NCBI GenBank assembly: GCA_963766815.1
Contig: CAVYBZ010000025.1
Location: 12,883 to 76,882 of the forward strand
DNA: 64,000 nt
Direction of reading: 5' to 3'
Source of the DNA: an uncultured Alphaproteobacteria bacterium
Lineage (GTDB): Bacteria; Pseudomonadota; Alphaproteobacteria; Rhizobiales; Rhodomicrobiaceae
Both the position numbers and the translations under genes were made by a program. Position 1 is the stretch's first letter, and each line of letters opens with the position of its first letter. The notes under the pieces were generated by a model. That model was not told where the DNA came from, did not search any database, and saw only the letters and a program-made list of their open reading frames with translations. Below, piece by piece: positions 50,802 to 61,162 of the stretch.

Positions 50802-51578
50802 ATGGTTTTCACAAAGCTTGTGAAAGCGGCAGCTTTTGGGCTCGCCGCAACGTTTGCGCTTACGCTCGGCGTGACCGGTAGTATCGCGCAAACCAAGGAT
50901 AAAGGCGCCAAGGCTCCCGCCGCGCCGGCTGCGCCCGCAGCACAACAGCAGGCTTCCGCTTGCGAGCAGAATTGGTACAAGATTTGTCTCGATCTGCCCG
51001 TGCCCGAGCCTACAAAACCGGGTGAGCCGCCAAAGCAGCAGAAGCCCGAGGAAATGAAGAAGGTTAACGTTTGCTTGACGCAGATCGACCTTCGCGAGCA
51101 GCAAACTTGCTACCCTGTTAGCAAGATTGCCCTCCGCCAGGTTCAGGGACAAGATAAGCCCCAGGTTCTCGCAATGCTGCCGCTTGGCGCGGCTCTTCCG
51201 GCAGGCGCGCTTGTGAGGGTCGATGAGAAGGAGCCGATCAAGCTCGCTTATACGCACTGCGATCAAGCGGGTTGCTACGCCGAGGCGAACATCGAGCCCG
51301 CCGTCGTCGATGCGATGAAGACCGGCAAGAATATCGAGTATCGCGGCATCGATATCGTGGGTCGCGTGCCAGCGGCGCGGGTGCCGCTGGAAGGGTTCGC
51401 CCAAGCGCTCGCCGGGCCGCCAGTCCCTGTGGAGAAGTTCAACGAGGAGCAGCGCAGGATCGGCGAAGTTATCCGCCAGCGCGTCACCGAGTTACGCAAG
51501 CAGCAGGAAGACGCCGCAAAGGCGGCTCAAGCTGCGGGCACGGCTCCAGCGGCGAAACCGGCTGACAAGAAGAAGTAA
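50802..51578 (+). CDS. Invasion-associated locus B (IalB) family protein
   Basis: Signal peptide; W.K.C, LPLG.ALPAG..V.VD, Y..CDQAGCYA pattern; divergent from the YejA-like gene. Confidence 0.8.
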   Translation: MVFTKLVKAAAFGLAATFALTLGVTGSIAQTKDKGAKAPAAPAAPAAQQQASACEQNWYKICLDLPVPEPTKPGEPPKQQKPEEMKKVNVCLTQIDLREQQTCYPVSKIALRQVQGQDKPQVLAMLPLGAALPAGALVRVDEKEPIKLAYTHCDQAGCYAEANIEPAVVDAMKTGKNIEYRGIDIVGRVPAARVPLEGFAQALAGPPVPVEKFNEEQRRIGEVIRQRVTELRKQQEDAAKAAQAAGTAPAAKPADKKK

Positions 51579-51633
51579 GACAGCCGTTCAAATACATTTC
51601 AAGCCGCCATTCCGGCGGCTCGCACCTGAAAAG

Positions 51634-51659
51634 AAGCTTCCGCGCTAGCGGGAGCTTTT
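51634..51659 (+). terminator. Probable intrinsic terminator after the IalB-family gene
   Basis: AAGCTTCCGC-GCTA-GCGGGAGCTT stem followed by T residues. Confidence 0.55.
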
Positions 51660-51690
51660 GATTCTATGCGTTTGACAAGGAAGCACGGCC

Positions 51691-51716
51691 ACCCCTCTCA
51701 ATGAGAGAGGGGTTTC
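51691..51716. terminator. Second hairpin, possible terminator between convergent genes
   Basis: ACCCCTCTC-AATGA-GAGAGGGGT perfect 9-bp stem followed by TTC. Confidence 0.45.
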
Positions 51717-51729
51717 TTCGCGATTTCAT

Positions 51730-52453
51730 TCAAACGGATTGAGCGAGAGGCAATGCCTTTGAGCGCGTGCGTTCGAACGGGCTGGCGCTTGGCCGGTTAA
51801 CGAGAAGCGTCTTCGCGGGGCGGCCGCCCTTATTATTGGTTTCGCGCCCGCCCCGGCGCCGTCCTATCTCTTTTAAGATGCTAAAGCTAAGCAATTTGAG
51901 TTTTTGCCTCAGCCTTGCTGGCAGAGTGTTTTTACGGACGGAAGGGGCGGCCTTTTTGCGCCTCGCGGTGAGACCCACGCAAACCGCCGCCTGAGTAGCT
52001 GTAACGGTTGGCGCTAAAGCGGCATGCCACAGCGACAGCCACACGAGCGAGGCATGCCGCCAATAGGCAGCCGTGGTTGTGTCGAAGATATAGGTCCAGT
52101 GCGCGGTATTGTGCAGCAGTTCATTTACGCTGCGAAGGTAGCTTTCCGCGGCTTCATTATTGGAAACACGGTTAAGGAGATCCTCAACCGCGCGTTCAGT
52201 TCTTTCGTCGAAAGACAACCAAGGCGAAACGTCGTTTAAGTTTTTTTGGCTGGCCCTTGCGTCGGCGCCTCTCCAGCATTTGCGCGCAAGCCTGCTCAAG
52301 CCTGCCCCATGTCGGGGCGTCCGGGCGCATCGCCGCGACTTCGTGAAAAGCTTGGCGCAACCCGCTGGCGTGGGCCTCGGCAAGTCGCAACATCGCTTCC
52401 GCGAATTTAGGCGGTTTTTGCGGATGGAAAGAAGAATAGGGGTCGCTGCTCAT
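51730..52453 (-). CDS. Hypothetical protein, possibly split by an indel in the T7 run at 52241-52247
   Basis: RBS-like GGGGTG before ATG 52453; two overlapping ORFs join if one A is removed on the coding strand; no homology recognised. Confidence 0.3.
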
Positions 52454-52817
52454 GATATCACCCCTTGGTTCGCATATCGCCAGGGACGCCGAACGATCCG
52501 TTCCTTCTTGAAATGATTCGACGCAAAACTGGCGGCGCGTTGAGGGATTTTACACAACTTTAGGTTGCAATGAGTTGTGAGCGTTTGGTCAAGAGTATCT
52601 TAGTCTTAAGCTGGTCATTCAGATGGCGTTGACAGGGTAAGAGAAAACGAACCTGGAACTAGCATATTGTGCAGGCAAAGCTCTCGGGAAATAAGCCAAA
52701 ATCCGCTCGCCCGGTGAAGACTTTGAGCACCTTCCGGTTTTCAACCGCCCTTTTGGATGGCGGCGAGGACTGCGGCGCAGCGTATTGAAAGTAACTATTA
52801 CGGAATGGACGGCGTAG

Positions 52818-54092
52818 ATGTTGGACTTTCCTGTCCCCTCGAACGAAAACAAACGCCTCGCGGAATTGCAGAGGCTGCGCTCTAACGAATGGGGTGTGTG
52901 CGCCGCACTTAATGAGCTTTGCAAAATAGCCTCACGGATACTGGGAACGCCCATGGCCCAGGTTTCGCTCGTTGGGGAAGAAGAACAGATTTTCGTGGGC
53001 AAAGCCGGCCTCGACTCCGACCGGACTTCGAGAGAGGTCGCGTTCTGCGCCCACACGATTATGACATCGCGGCCTTTAATCGTCGAAGACGCCGAAAGCG
53101 ATCCACGTTTTTGCAAAAATCCGCTCGTGACGGGCGAGTTAGGGATCAAATCCTATTTGGGGATTCCGCTTGAGACCTCGCCGGGCCTTCGCATCGGCGC
53201 CCTGTGCGTCGTCGATAAGGAGCCGCGAAGATTCAAAGAAAGCGATGTGCAAACCCTCACGGGCCTTGCCCAGATTGTTGTGTCGGTCATCAACAGCTAT
53301 CACGCGGCCTTGGAATTAGATGACCAGCTGACGCACGCCATCGCCCTCCAGAATGGCATGCTTCCAAGCGCGGCGCTGTTAGCGCAGATCCAAGCTCATT
53401 GTCCTTTGGAGCTGTCGAGCTTTTACAAGGCCCGCGATGGGATTGGCGGAGATATTTGGGGCATCGAACACGTCGGCCCTCAGTGCATTATGATCTATGT
53501 CGCCGATTTCATCGGCCATGGCGTCGCCGCTGCTCTCAACACGGCCCGTTTTCATTCCTTTGTTCATATATTTTCGCAAAGGACGGCAAAGCCTGGATCG
53601 TTGCTGAGAAGACTGAATAGGAGGCTGCACGAAGTCCTGCCAGTCAGCCAGTTCGCAACCATGTTTTGCGCAATGATCGATTTCAAGGCGCAAATCATCG
53701 AATACGCTTCGGCTGGCGCGCCTCCTCAGCTCTATCGCAGGTCGCGCGAAGACCCATTTGAGATCATTTCCCAGCCGAGTTTACCGCTCGGCATTGTCCA
53801 CGACGTGGCCTATGAGAGCGAAACAGTTCCTTTCCTGCCGGGCGGGGTTCTTGTACTTTACACCGACGGCTTGGTTGAGACGCCCAAGCCGCCCCGAAAT
53901 TACCTAACGACCGAATCCATGAGAGAGCATCTCAATAAGACAGGACACAGCAAGAATTCATACGAGATGCGCGAGAGTTTAGTAAGCGAGGTTTTTCCTG
54001 AACCGGCATTGAAAGCAGACGACGATATCACCCTCATAATCGCTCAGCACACCGTCATGGCGATGGAGCCGATCGTTGATTATGAAATTTGA
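52818..54092 (+). CDS. GAF-sensor PP2C/SpoIIE (RsbU-like) serine phosphatase
   Basis: GAF motifs FCAHTI, D.RF..NPLV, SYLGIPL, GALCVVD; PP2C motifs GGD, ADFIGHG, YTDGLVE, DDITL. Confidence 0.9.
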   Translation: MLDFPVPSNENKRLAELQRLRSNEWGVCAALNELCKIASRILGTPMAQVSLVGEEEQIFVGKAGLDSDRTSREVAFCAHTIMTSRPLIVEDAESDPRFCKNPLVTGELGIKSYLGIPLETSPGLRIGALCVVDKEPRRFKESDVQTLTGLAQIVVSVINSYHAALELDDQLTHAIALQNGMLPSAALLAQIQAHCPLELSSFYKARDGIGGDIWGIEHVGPQCIMIYVADFIGHGVAAALNTARFHSFVHIFSQRTAKPGSLLRRLNRRLHEVLPVSQFATMFCAMIDFKAQIIEYASAGAPPQLYRRSREDPFEIISQPSLPLGIVHDVAYESETVPFLPGGVLVLYTDGLVETPKPPRNYLTTESMREHLNKTGHSKNSYEMRESLVSEVFPEPALKADDDITLIIAQHTVMAMEPIVDYEI

Positions 54093-54238
54093 CGCGTCCA
54101 TCTTCTGTGAGACGCCGGCGGCGATACCGATTTACCGTCTCGTTATGGGCGCCTTTTGCGTTTCTGAGCAACGGCGTCCGTGCTACACAATCCCACCTGA
54201 GCGGACATTCCCGGCGAGTGTCTGCTTAAAGAATTTTC

Positions 54239-54318
54239 TTTCGCAGAACTTTTCCCAATTCCGGGACGGTCCTTCTCAGATCGGCGCCGAGAGCATGCTT
54301 TTGGGAACTCTGCTTTAG
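54239..54318. repeat. Short palindromic intergenic repeat, family B, copy 2
   Basis: TTCGCAGAACTTTTCCCAA...GATCGGCGCC...TTTGGGAACTCTGCTTTAG; shares blocks with 22253-22304. Confidence 0.55.
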
Positions 54319-54333
54319 CGACTGGAGGGAAAT

Positions 54334-54897
54334 ATGGATGCCTATGAAGCGCTTGTAAAGCGCGTCAGCCCGACAGAGCTTGTCGATCCCGCGCCGGATG
54401 TTGAAACCGAGCGCAAGATCGTGGCGGCGGGGCTGCGCGCGCCGGATCACGGCAGGCTGCGCCCCTGGCGCTTTCTTTCCATACGCGGCGAGGGCAGGCA
54501 GCGCCTTGGCGACGTTTTCGCCTCCGCTCTTCAACGCCGCGATCCCAATGCCTTGCCCGAGCTTCTGGAGCGCGAGCGGCAAAAGCCTCTGCGCGGACCT
54601 CTGCTCCTTGTCGTCGTGGCCCGCACCGCCGAGTCCTCCAAAATCCCTGCGGTCGAGCAGCTTTTATCGGCAGGGGCGGCGGCGCAGAATATCATGCTCG
54701 CGAGCCATGCGCTCGGCTTCGGGGCGATGTGGAAAACGGGCGACGCGACCTACGATGCAAACGTGAAAGCAGCGCTCGGCCTGGAAGCCTTCGAAACGAT
54801 TGCCGGCCTACTCTACATCGGAACGCCGAAGGCGATGCCGAAACCTCCAGCGCCGCTCGATCCGGCGGACTTTGTGCAGAGCTGGCCGGCATCCTGA
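54334..54897 (+). CDS. Nitroreductase family protein (YdjA-like)
   Basis: KRVS, RAPDHGRLRPWRF, AAQNIMLASHALGFGAMWKTG. Confidence 0.92.
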   Translation: MDAYEALVKRVSPTELVDPAPDVETERKIVAAGLRAPDHGRLRPWRFLSIRGEGRQRLGDVFASALQRRDPNALPELLERERQKPLRGPLLLVVVARTAESSKIPAVEQLLSAGAAAQNIMLASHALGFGAMWKTGDATYDANVKAALGLEAFETIAGLLYIGTPKAMPKPPAPLDPADFVQSWPAS

Positions 54898-55185
54898 CCG
54901 GCGCAGCGCCTGCGGATTTCCTGAAGAGATTGCGGCGCAATTCCGGCTACGCCTGCGGCGTTGCTCCCGGAGCCTATACAGCGCTCGGCCCGGCGATTGC
55001 AGAAACGAGCACGGTCACGTTGCTCGCGCGGCTTAATCCTCGATCTCGGCTTGCAGCTCGCGCCGCGCGACCTCCAGATACCTCAATGGCGCGTCGCTGA
55101 GGCCGCTTGAGGAACGCGGTGATGGACAGCCTGCCCAGTTATTTTAGCTGCCGCAGCCTATTAAATTAAAGAGTAGCGGTTTCAC

Positions 55186-55905
55186 TCATGTTTTTGGCTC
55201 CAAGCTGACGGTATCGCCGAGTTGTTCCGCCGCCGCCTGGTCGGCGATTACCAAGGCCGTGTCCCGGCGCAATCTTCCAGCAGGGATCGAGGCGTCGCCG
55301 TCGCGCAGGCGAACGAGCATCCCCGCCTTCCCGGCCCCGGTCACCAGCCAGAGAATGCTGCGGGAACGGTTGAGAATTGGATAGGTCAAGGTCATGCGGC
55401 GCCGGCCCTGATAGGCTCCGGTCGCGGCCACATCCTCACCGGCGATCTCGAGGGCCGGATCGCCCGGCACGAGCGAAGCCGTGTGTCCATCGGGTCCGAG
55501 TCCAAGATGGACGAGGTCGAGAACTGGCGGTGAGCCGGCTATGCTCTGGAGCGTTCGGGCGTACTGAGCGGCGGCTGCGATGAGATCGGGCTCTTCCACC
55601 GGCATTGCATGGACATGATCGGCACGCAGCGGCGCATGATCGAGCAGGCTTTCGCGCAAATGTGTTAGATTTCTATCGCGGTCGCCCGCGGGCGCCACTC
55701 GCTCGTCCACTTGGACAATGTGAACCTTACCCCAGGGCGTTTCTTCATCCGCCAATGCCCGCAGCATCAGCCACGGCGTACTCCCGCCGCTGAAAGCCAT
55801 GACAAATTGTCCGCGCGCTGCAACAGCTTCCCGAGCGCCGGCGGCAATAATTTTTGCAGCCTCGCGAGCTGCAATTCCGGGGTCGGCAAACACGTCGATT
55901 TTCAT
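55186..55905 (-). CDS. pgl: 6-phosphogluconolactonase
   Basis: AFSGGSTP, VDERVAP, LGLGPDGHTASL, RMTLT. Confidence 0.92.
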   Translation of the reverse strand: MKIDVFADPGIAAREAAKIIAAGAREAVAARGQFVMAFSGGSTPWLMLRALADEETPWGKVHIVQVDERVAPAGDRDRNLTHLRESLLDHAPLRADHVHAMPVEEPDLIAAAAQYARTLQSIAGSPPVLDLVHLGLGPDGHTASLVPGDPALEIAGEDVAATGAYQGRRRMTLTYPILNRSRSILWLVTGAGKAGMLVRLRDGDASIPAGRLRRDTALVIADQAAAEQLGDTVSLEPKT

Positions 55906-56254
55906 GTGACCAGCTCCGATTAAAAAAGGATCCCAACAGAAAACAGTTTGCCGGAGAAGTAGGCTTCACCGCACGGCCTGAAACTCTGAAGCAGCGAGGA
56001 ATCAACTTTCCGCGCTCAATCAGAATCTGATTAAAGCGGGCTGATCGCGCGCCAGCAAAGGCTCAGTTTGGCCGTCGCCGCGCAGCAAAATGCTGCCGCA
56101 GCCGGGCGTGCGCTTTTAAGCCGCGCGGCCGATTGCTCCTAAAATCGGGCTGAGAAGCCACTTCGATTGAAGATACGCATAGTTAACCGTTGCCGCGCGC
56201 CCCTCCTTAATGACATAAAGAGCGCTCGGGATGGAGGCGCAACAAAGGGAAAAA

Positions 56255-58357
56255 ATGCCCAAGCTCAACATCAACGGCAAGGAGATCGAGGTCGAGGACG
56301 GCATTACGCTGCTCCAGGCTTGCGAGGAGGCTGGAGCGGAGATTCCCCGCTTTTGCTATCACGAGCGCTTGTCCATCGCGGGGAACTGCCGCATGTGTCT
56401 CGTCGAGATCGTGGGCATCCCAAAGCCGATGGCCTCCTGCGCCATGAATGTGAGCGATTTGAGACCAAATCGTGATGGCACGCCGCCTATCATTCACACG
56501 GATACGCCGCTCGTAAGGAAGGCGCGCGAAGGGGTGATGGAGTTCCTGCTCATCAATCACCCGCTCGATTGCCCGATCTGCGACCAGGGCGGCGAGTGCG
56601 ATCTTCAAGATCAATCGATGTATTATGGCTTCGATGGCAGCCGCTACCGCGAGAATAAGCGCGCCGTCGAAGAGAAGTATCTGGGGCCGCTGATCAAGAC
56701 CTTCATGACGCGCTGCATCCAATGCACGCGCTGCGTTCGTTTCATGACCGAGGTCGCGGGCGTCCAGGAACTCGGCGCCATCAGCCGCGGCGAGGATATG
56801 GAGATCACCACCTATCTGGAGCGCGGCCTGCAATCGGAGATGTCCGGCAATATCGTCGATCTCTGTCCTGTCGGAGCGCTGACCTCGAAGCCTTACTCCT
56901 TCATCGCGCGCCCTTGGGAGTTGCGGAAAACTGAGTCCATCGATGTGATGGACGGTATAGGATCGAACATCCGCGTCGATAGCCGGGGCCGCGAGGTTAT
57001 GCGGATTTTGCCGCGCAACCATGACGGGGTGAACGAGGAGTGGATTTCGGATAAGACGCGCGCCGTGTCGGATGGCCTTAAGAAAAAGCGCTTGGACCGC
57101 CCCTATATGCGGCGCGGCGGCAAGCTTGAGGAAGTCTCGTGGTACGAGGCGTTCAACGAGATTGCAGCGCGGGTCAAGAAAGCTGGGCCCCGGAAAATCG
57201 GCGCGATCGCGGGCGATCTCTGCGCCGTGGAGGAAATGTTCGCGCTGAAGACGCTGCTTGATGGACTCGGCTCGCCGCATCGCGATTGCAGGCAGCTCGG
57301 AGCCAAGCTGCATCCGGGGAATGGCCGCGCAAGCTATCTTTTCAATTCCACCATTGCAGGTGTGGACCACGCCGATGCGGTGCTCCTTATCGGCACGAAT
57401 CCCCGAAAAGAAGCGGCGGTTCTCAATACGCGCATCAGGAAGACATGGCTGCAGCATCGCGCCAAGGTCGCCTTGATCGGGCCCGCAGCCGATTTGACCT
57501 ACCCCTACGATTGGCTCGGAAACTCATTAAAGACGATCGATGACGTCTCGCGCGATGAGAGCCCTTTCCTCAAAGTATTGCGCGATGCATCCCATCCGCT
57601 GGTGATCGTGGGGCAGGCCGCGATCAATCACGCGGAGGGCGAGACTGTCTTGCACAGGGCCGCGGAAATCGCCGCCAAGGCCATGCAAGGGAAAGATGCT
57701 TCGGCCTGGCATCCCCTCAGCATCCTTCATTCGAGCGCGGCGCTGGTTGGCGGCCTCGATATCGATTTCCTGCCGGGGCAAGGCGGATTGGACGTTGCCG
57801 GGATACTGGAAGGCGCGGCGAGCGGCGACATCGAGGTGCTTTACCTTCTCGGCGCCGATGAATTCGATGTCAGCCGGACAGGCGACGCCTTCGTCATCTA
57901 TCAGGGGTCGCATGGCGACAGCGGGGCGCGCATCGCCGATATCGTTTTGCCCGGAGCGGCTTACACTGAGAAGAATGGGACTTACGTCAATACCGAAGGC
58001 CGCGTTCAGCTCGGCGAGCGAGCCGTCTTTCCGCCGGGCGACGCACGCGAGGATTGGACGATTATCAGGGCGCTCTCGGAGCATCTCGGCGCGAAGCTGC
58101 CCTTCGACAGCCTGAAAGCGTTGCGGACGGCGCTTTACAAGGCTTATCCTCATCTTGCCGCAGTTGATGCGCTAGAGCCGGAGAGATACGTAGAGCCGCA
58201 GCCGGGCGCCCTGCCGCCGCTTCCCGATAAACCTCTGCCTGAGCTTGTCGAGGATTACTATCAATCGAACCCAATTGCGCGGGCGTCATCCGTGTTGGCC
58301 GAGCTTTCGGCCTTGAATCAGTCAATGGAGCACGGGGCGGCGGACGCGCATGGTTGA
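56255..58357 (+). CDS. nuoG: NADH-quinone oxidoreductase subunit G
   Basis: [58 protein letters not shown]; ATG 56255. Confidence 0.98.
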   Translation: MPKLNINGKEIEVEDGITLLQACEEAGAEIPRFCYHERLSIAGNCRMCLVEIVGIPKPMASCAMNVSDLRPNRDGTPPIIHTDTPLVRKAREGVMEFLLINHPLDCPICDQGGECDLQDQSMYYGFDGSRYRENKRAVEEKYLGPLIKTFMTRCIQCTRCVRFMTEVAGVQELGAISRGEDMEITTYLERGLQSEMSGNIVDLCPVGALTSKPYSFIARPWELRKTESIDVMDGIGSNIRVDSRGREVMRILPRNHDGVNEEWISDKTRAVSDGLKKKRLDRPYMRRGGKLEEVSWYEAFNEIAARVKKAGPRKIGAIAGDLCAVEEMFALKTLLDGLGSPHRDCRQLGAKLHPGNGRASYLFNSTIAGVDHADAVLLIGTNPRKEAAVLNTRIRKTWLQHRAKVALIGPAADLTYPYDWLGNSLKTIDDVSRDESPFLKVLRDASHPLVIVGQAAINHAEGETVLHRAAEIAAKAMQGKDASAWHPLSILHSSAALVGGLDIDFLPGQGGLDVAGILEGAASGDIEVLYLLGADEFDVSRTGDAFVIYQGSHGDSGARIADIVLPGAAYTEKNGTYVNTEGRVQLGERAVFPPGDAREDWTIIRALSEHLGAKLPFDSLKALRTALYKAYPHLAAVDALEPERYVEPQPGALPPLPDKPLPELVEDYYQSNPIARASSVLAELSALNQSMEHGAADAHG

Positions 58358-59381
58358 ATTGAGCACATTCTGGGGGAAATACGGGTTCCCAACGGCGCTC
58401 ATCGTGGGCCAGAGCCTTCTGACTCTCGTCGCCCTTCTCCTGTTCATCGCCTACATTCTTTTGGCGGACCGGAAGATTTGGGCTGCGGTTCAGTTGCGGC
58501 GCGGTCCGAATGTCGTTGGCGCCTTCGGCCTGCTTCAGTCATTCGCGGACTTCATTAAATTCGTTCTCAAGGAGCCCATCATCCCGGCAGGCTCGGACAA
58601 GACCGTGTTTCTGCTCGCGCCCGTGGTCACTGCGGTTCTGGCCCTTTCAAGCTGGGCCGTGATCCCCGTGGCGGATGGATGGGCCGTCTCCGACCTCAAT
58701 GTCGGGATCCTCTATATTTTCGCCATTTCCTCGCTCGGCGTCTATGGCGTCATCATGGGCGGCTGGGCGTCGAACTCAAAATATCCGTTCCTCGGATCGC
58801 TCCGATCGGCGGCGCAGATGGTCTCCTACGAGGTGTCCATTGGCTTTGTGATGATCACCGTGCTTCTCTGCGCGGGGTCGCTTAACCTGACCGACATCGT
58901 GAATGCTCAGCGCGGGCCTTATGGCGTTTTCAGCTGGTACTGGCTGCCGCTGTTTCCGATGTTCATCATCTTCTTCATATCGGCGCTGGCGGAAACCAAC
59001 CGGCCCCCGTTCGATCTGCCCGAGGCGGAATCGGAACTCGTCGCCGGCTTCATGGTGGAATATTCGTCGACGCCGTACCTGCTCTTCATGCTGGGCGAGT
59101 ATGTGGCGATCACCGTCATGTGCGCGCTGACGACCATTCTTTTCCTCGGCGGCTGGCTGCCGCCGGTCAATATCGTTCCCTTCACTTGGGTCCCAGGCAT
59201 CTTCTGGTTCATCCTCAAGTTTTGCTTCGTCTTCTTCATGTTCGCGATGGTGAAGGCGATCGTGCCACGCTACCGTTACGATCAGCTGATGCGGCTCGGC
59301 TGGAAGATCTTTCTTCCAACGTCACTGGCGATGGTGGTGATAGTAGCGGCGGTTCTTCAATTCGGAGGCTTGGCGCGATAG
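58350..59381 (+). CDS. nuoH: NADH-quinone oxidoreductase subunit H
   Basis: [41 protein letters not shown]. Confidence 0.98.
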   Translation: MVELSTFWGKYGFPTALIVGQSLLTLVALLLFIAYILLADRKIWAAVQLRRGPNVVGAFGLLQSFADFIKFVLKEPIIPAGSDKTVFLLAPVVTAVLALSSWAVIPVADGWAVSDLNVGILYIFAISSLGVYGVIMGGWASNSKYPFLGSLRSAAQMVSYEVSIGFVMITVLLCAGSLNLTDIVNAQRGPYGVFSWYWLPLFPMFIIFFISALAETNRPPFDLPEAESELVAGFMVEYSSTPYLLFMLGEYVAITVMCALTTILFLGGWLPPVNIVPFTWVPGIFWFILKFCFVFFMFAMVKAIVPRYRYDQLMRLGWKIFLPTSLAMVVIVAAVLQFGGLAR

Positions 59382-59411
59382 CGCGGGCCTTTTCGTCAAG
59401 GAGTTGCATTT

Positions 59412-59903
59412 ATGGGAGGCTTCGCACAGTCTCTTCGATCGGCGGTTTTATGGGAGTTCGTCGCCGCGTTCTGGCTTGGGATGAAGTATTTCTTCAAGCC
59501 GAAAGCGACGATCAACTACCCTTACGAGAAAAACCCCGTCAGTCCGCGCTTTCGCGGGGAGCATGCCTTGCGCCGCTATCCCAATGGGATGGAGCGCTGC
59601 ATCGCGTGTAAGCTTTGCGAAGCGATTTGCCCGGCTCAGGCGATTACGATCGAAGCGGGTCCGCGCCGCAATGACGGGACGCGGCGCACAACGCGCTACG
59701 ACATTGATATGGTCAAATGCATCTATTGCGGCTATTGCCAGGAGGCTTGCCCGGTGGACGCCATCGTCGAGGGACCGAATTTCGAATTCGCGACCGAGAC
59801 GCGGGAGGAACTGCTGTACGATAAGGAGAAACTGCTGGCGAACGGCGACCGCTGGGAGCGCATCCTTGCAAAAAACCTTGAACTTGACGCGCCGTATCGC
59901 TAA
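59412..59903 (+). CDS. nuoI: NADH-quinone oxidoreductase subunit I
   Basis: [31 protein letters not shown]. Confidence 0.98.
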   Translation: MGGFAQSLRSAVLWEFVAAFWLGMKYFFKPKATINYPYEKNPVSPRFRGEHALRRYPNGMERCIACKLCEAICPAQAITIEAGPRRNDGTRRTTRYDIDMVKCIYCGYCQEACPVDAIVEGPNFEFATETREELLYDKEKLLANGDRWERILAKNLELDAPYR

Positions 59904-60203
59904 CCGCTTGCTTAAGTAGCCCAAACAGTCCGCTTGAATGCCGTTCATCCCGATTGCCGCAGGGCGGCCGTTACGGGTGCGCAATGGGTAAGATGTGCTC
60001 TACACTGACGAGGGGTAGTGTAGAATAAAAGCGCCAGCTCAATCGAGCGGCAAATCATTCCCTTCGCCGAAATGCCGATCCGAAAGGAACCGGGGGACCA
60101 GCATCCCTCCCTTAAAGAAAGGCGCATAAGAGGTTCCGCCTAACAACGACGCCGCTTCAGTTCTTCAACGGATTAAGCCGCATAAAATCGAGATCGGCCG
60201 CGC

Positions 60204-60806
60204 ATGACAATTGCAGGGTTCTTCTTCTACCTTTTTTCAATTGTGCTCCTCTCGTCGGGCGCGATGGTCATAACCGCGCGCAGTCCGGTCCATTCCGTTC
60301 TTTTCCTGATCCTCGCCTTCTTTAACGCGGCGGGACTTTTCGTGCTCCTCGGCGCCGAGTTTCTGGCGATGATCCTGGTCATCGTTTACGTGGGCGCGGT
60401 GGCGGTTCTTTTCCTTTTCGTTGTCATGACGCTCGACATCGATTTCACCGAGTTGCGCGCCGGAACCGGCCGCTACCTGCCGATTGGTCTTGGCATCGGC
60501 CTCATTCTCCTCGCCGAGCTGATCTTCGTTGTCACCGGTTTCGCGGTGGCGCCGGGCGCGGTGCAGCCGATCCCGGCGGAGCAGGTGACGAATGCGGCGG
60601 CGATTGGGCGCGTCCTCTACACGAAGTATGTATATTTCTTCGAGCTTTCCGGCGGTGTTCTGCTCGTCGCGATGATCGGGACGATCGTGCTCACGCTGCG
60701 CCATCGCGTTGGAGCGAAGCGGCAGAAGGTCGCCGAGCAAGTGGGCCGGCGGCGCGAGGACGCCATCGAAGTGGTTAAAGTCGAAACAGGGAAAGGGATT
60801 TCCTGA
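60204..60806 (+). CDS. nuoJ: NADH-quinone oxidoreductase subunit J
   Basis: [33 protein letters not shown]. Confidence 0.97.
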   Translation: MTIAGFFFYLFSIVLLSSGAMVITARSPVHSVLFLILAFFNAAGLFVLLGAEFLAMILVIVYVGAVAVLFLFVVMTLDIDFTELRAGTGRYLPIGLGIGLILLAELIFVVTGFAVAPGAVQPIPAEQVTNAAAIGRVLYTKYVYFFELSGGVLLVAMIGTIVLTLRHRVGAKRQKVAEQVGRRREDAIEVVKVETGKGIS

Positions 60807-60811
60807 CCGCC

Positions 60812-61153
60812 ATGCCAAACACGATCTCTCCCATCGAGGCCGCAACCGGCATCGCGCTCCAGCAATATCTGACGGTGGCGGCCATTCTGTTCACGCTTGG
60901 CGCGTTCGGAATCTTCCTCAACCGCAAGAACGTGATCATCATTTTGATGTCGATCGAGCTCATGCTGCTCGCCGTCAACATCAATCTTGTGGCTTTCTCG
61001 GCCTATCTGAATGACATCACAGGGCAGATTTACGCGCTGATCGTGCTGACGGTCGCGGCGGCCGAGGCGGCCATCGGGCTCGCCATTATCGTGATTTACT
61101 ACCGGAACCGCGGCTCCATCGCCGTTGACGACATCAACTCGATGAGAGGGTGA
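60812..61153 (+). CDS. nuoK: NADH-quinone oxidoreductase subunit K
   Basis: [31 protein letters not shown]. Confidence 0.97.
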   Translation: MPNTISPIEAATGIALQQYLTVAAILFTLGAFGIFLNRKNVIIILMSIELMLLAVNINLVAFSAYLNDITGQIYALIVLTVAAAEAAIGLAIIVIYYRNRGSIAVDDINSMRG

Positions 61154-61162
61154 GGCGCGCGA

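Noticed and set aside
56207-57457. 416-aa antisense ORF over nuoG, and similar long antisense ORFs over rpoA, rpsC, rplO and the NYN gene
   Set aside because: They lie opposite unambiguous conserved genes; stop-codon scarcity at high GC explains them.
60005-60030. CTGACGAG resembling a hammerhead ribozyme core
   Set aside because: No correctly placed GAAA/stem II or cleavage triplet; the motif sits within a simple hairpin.
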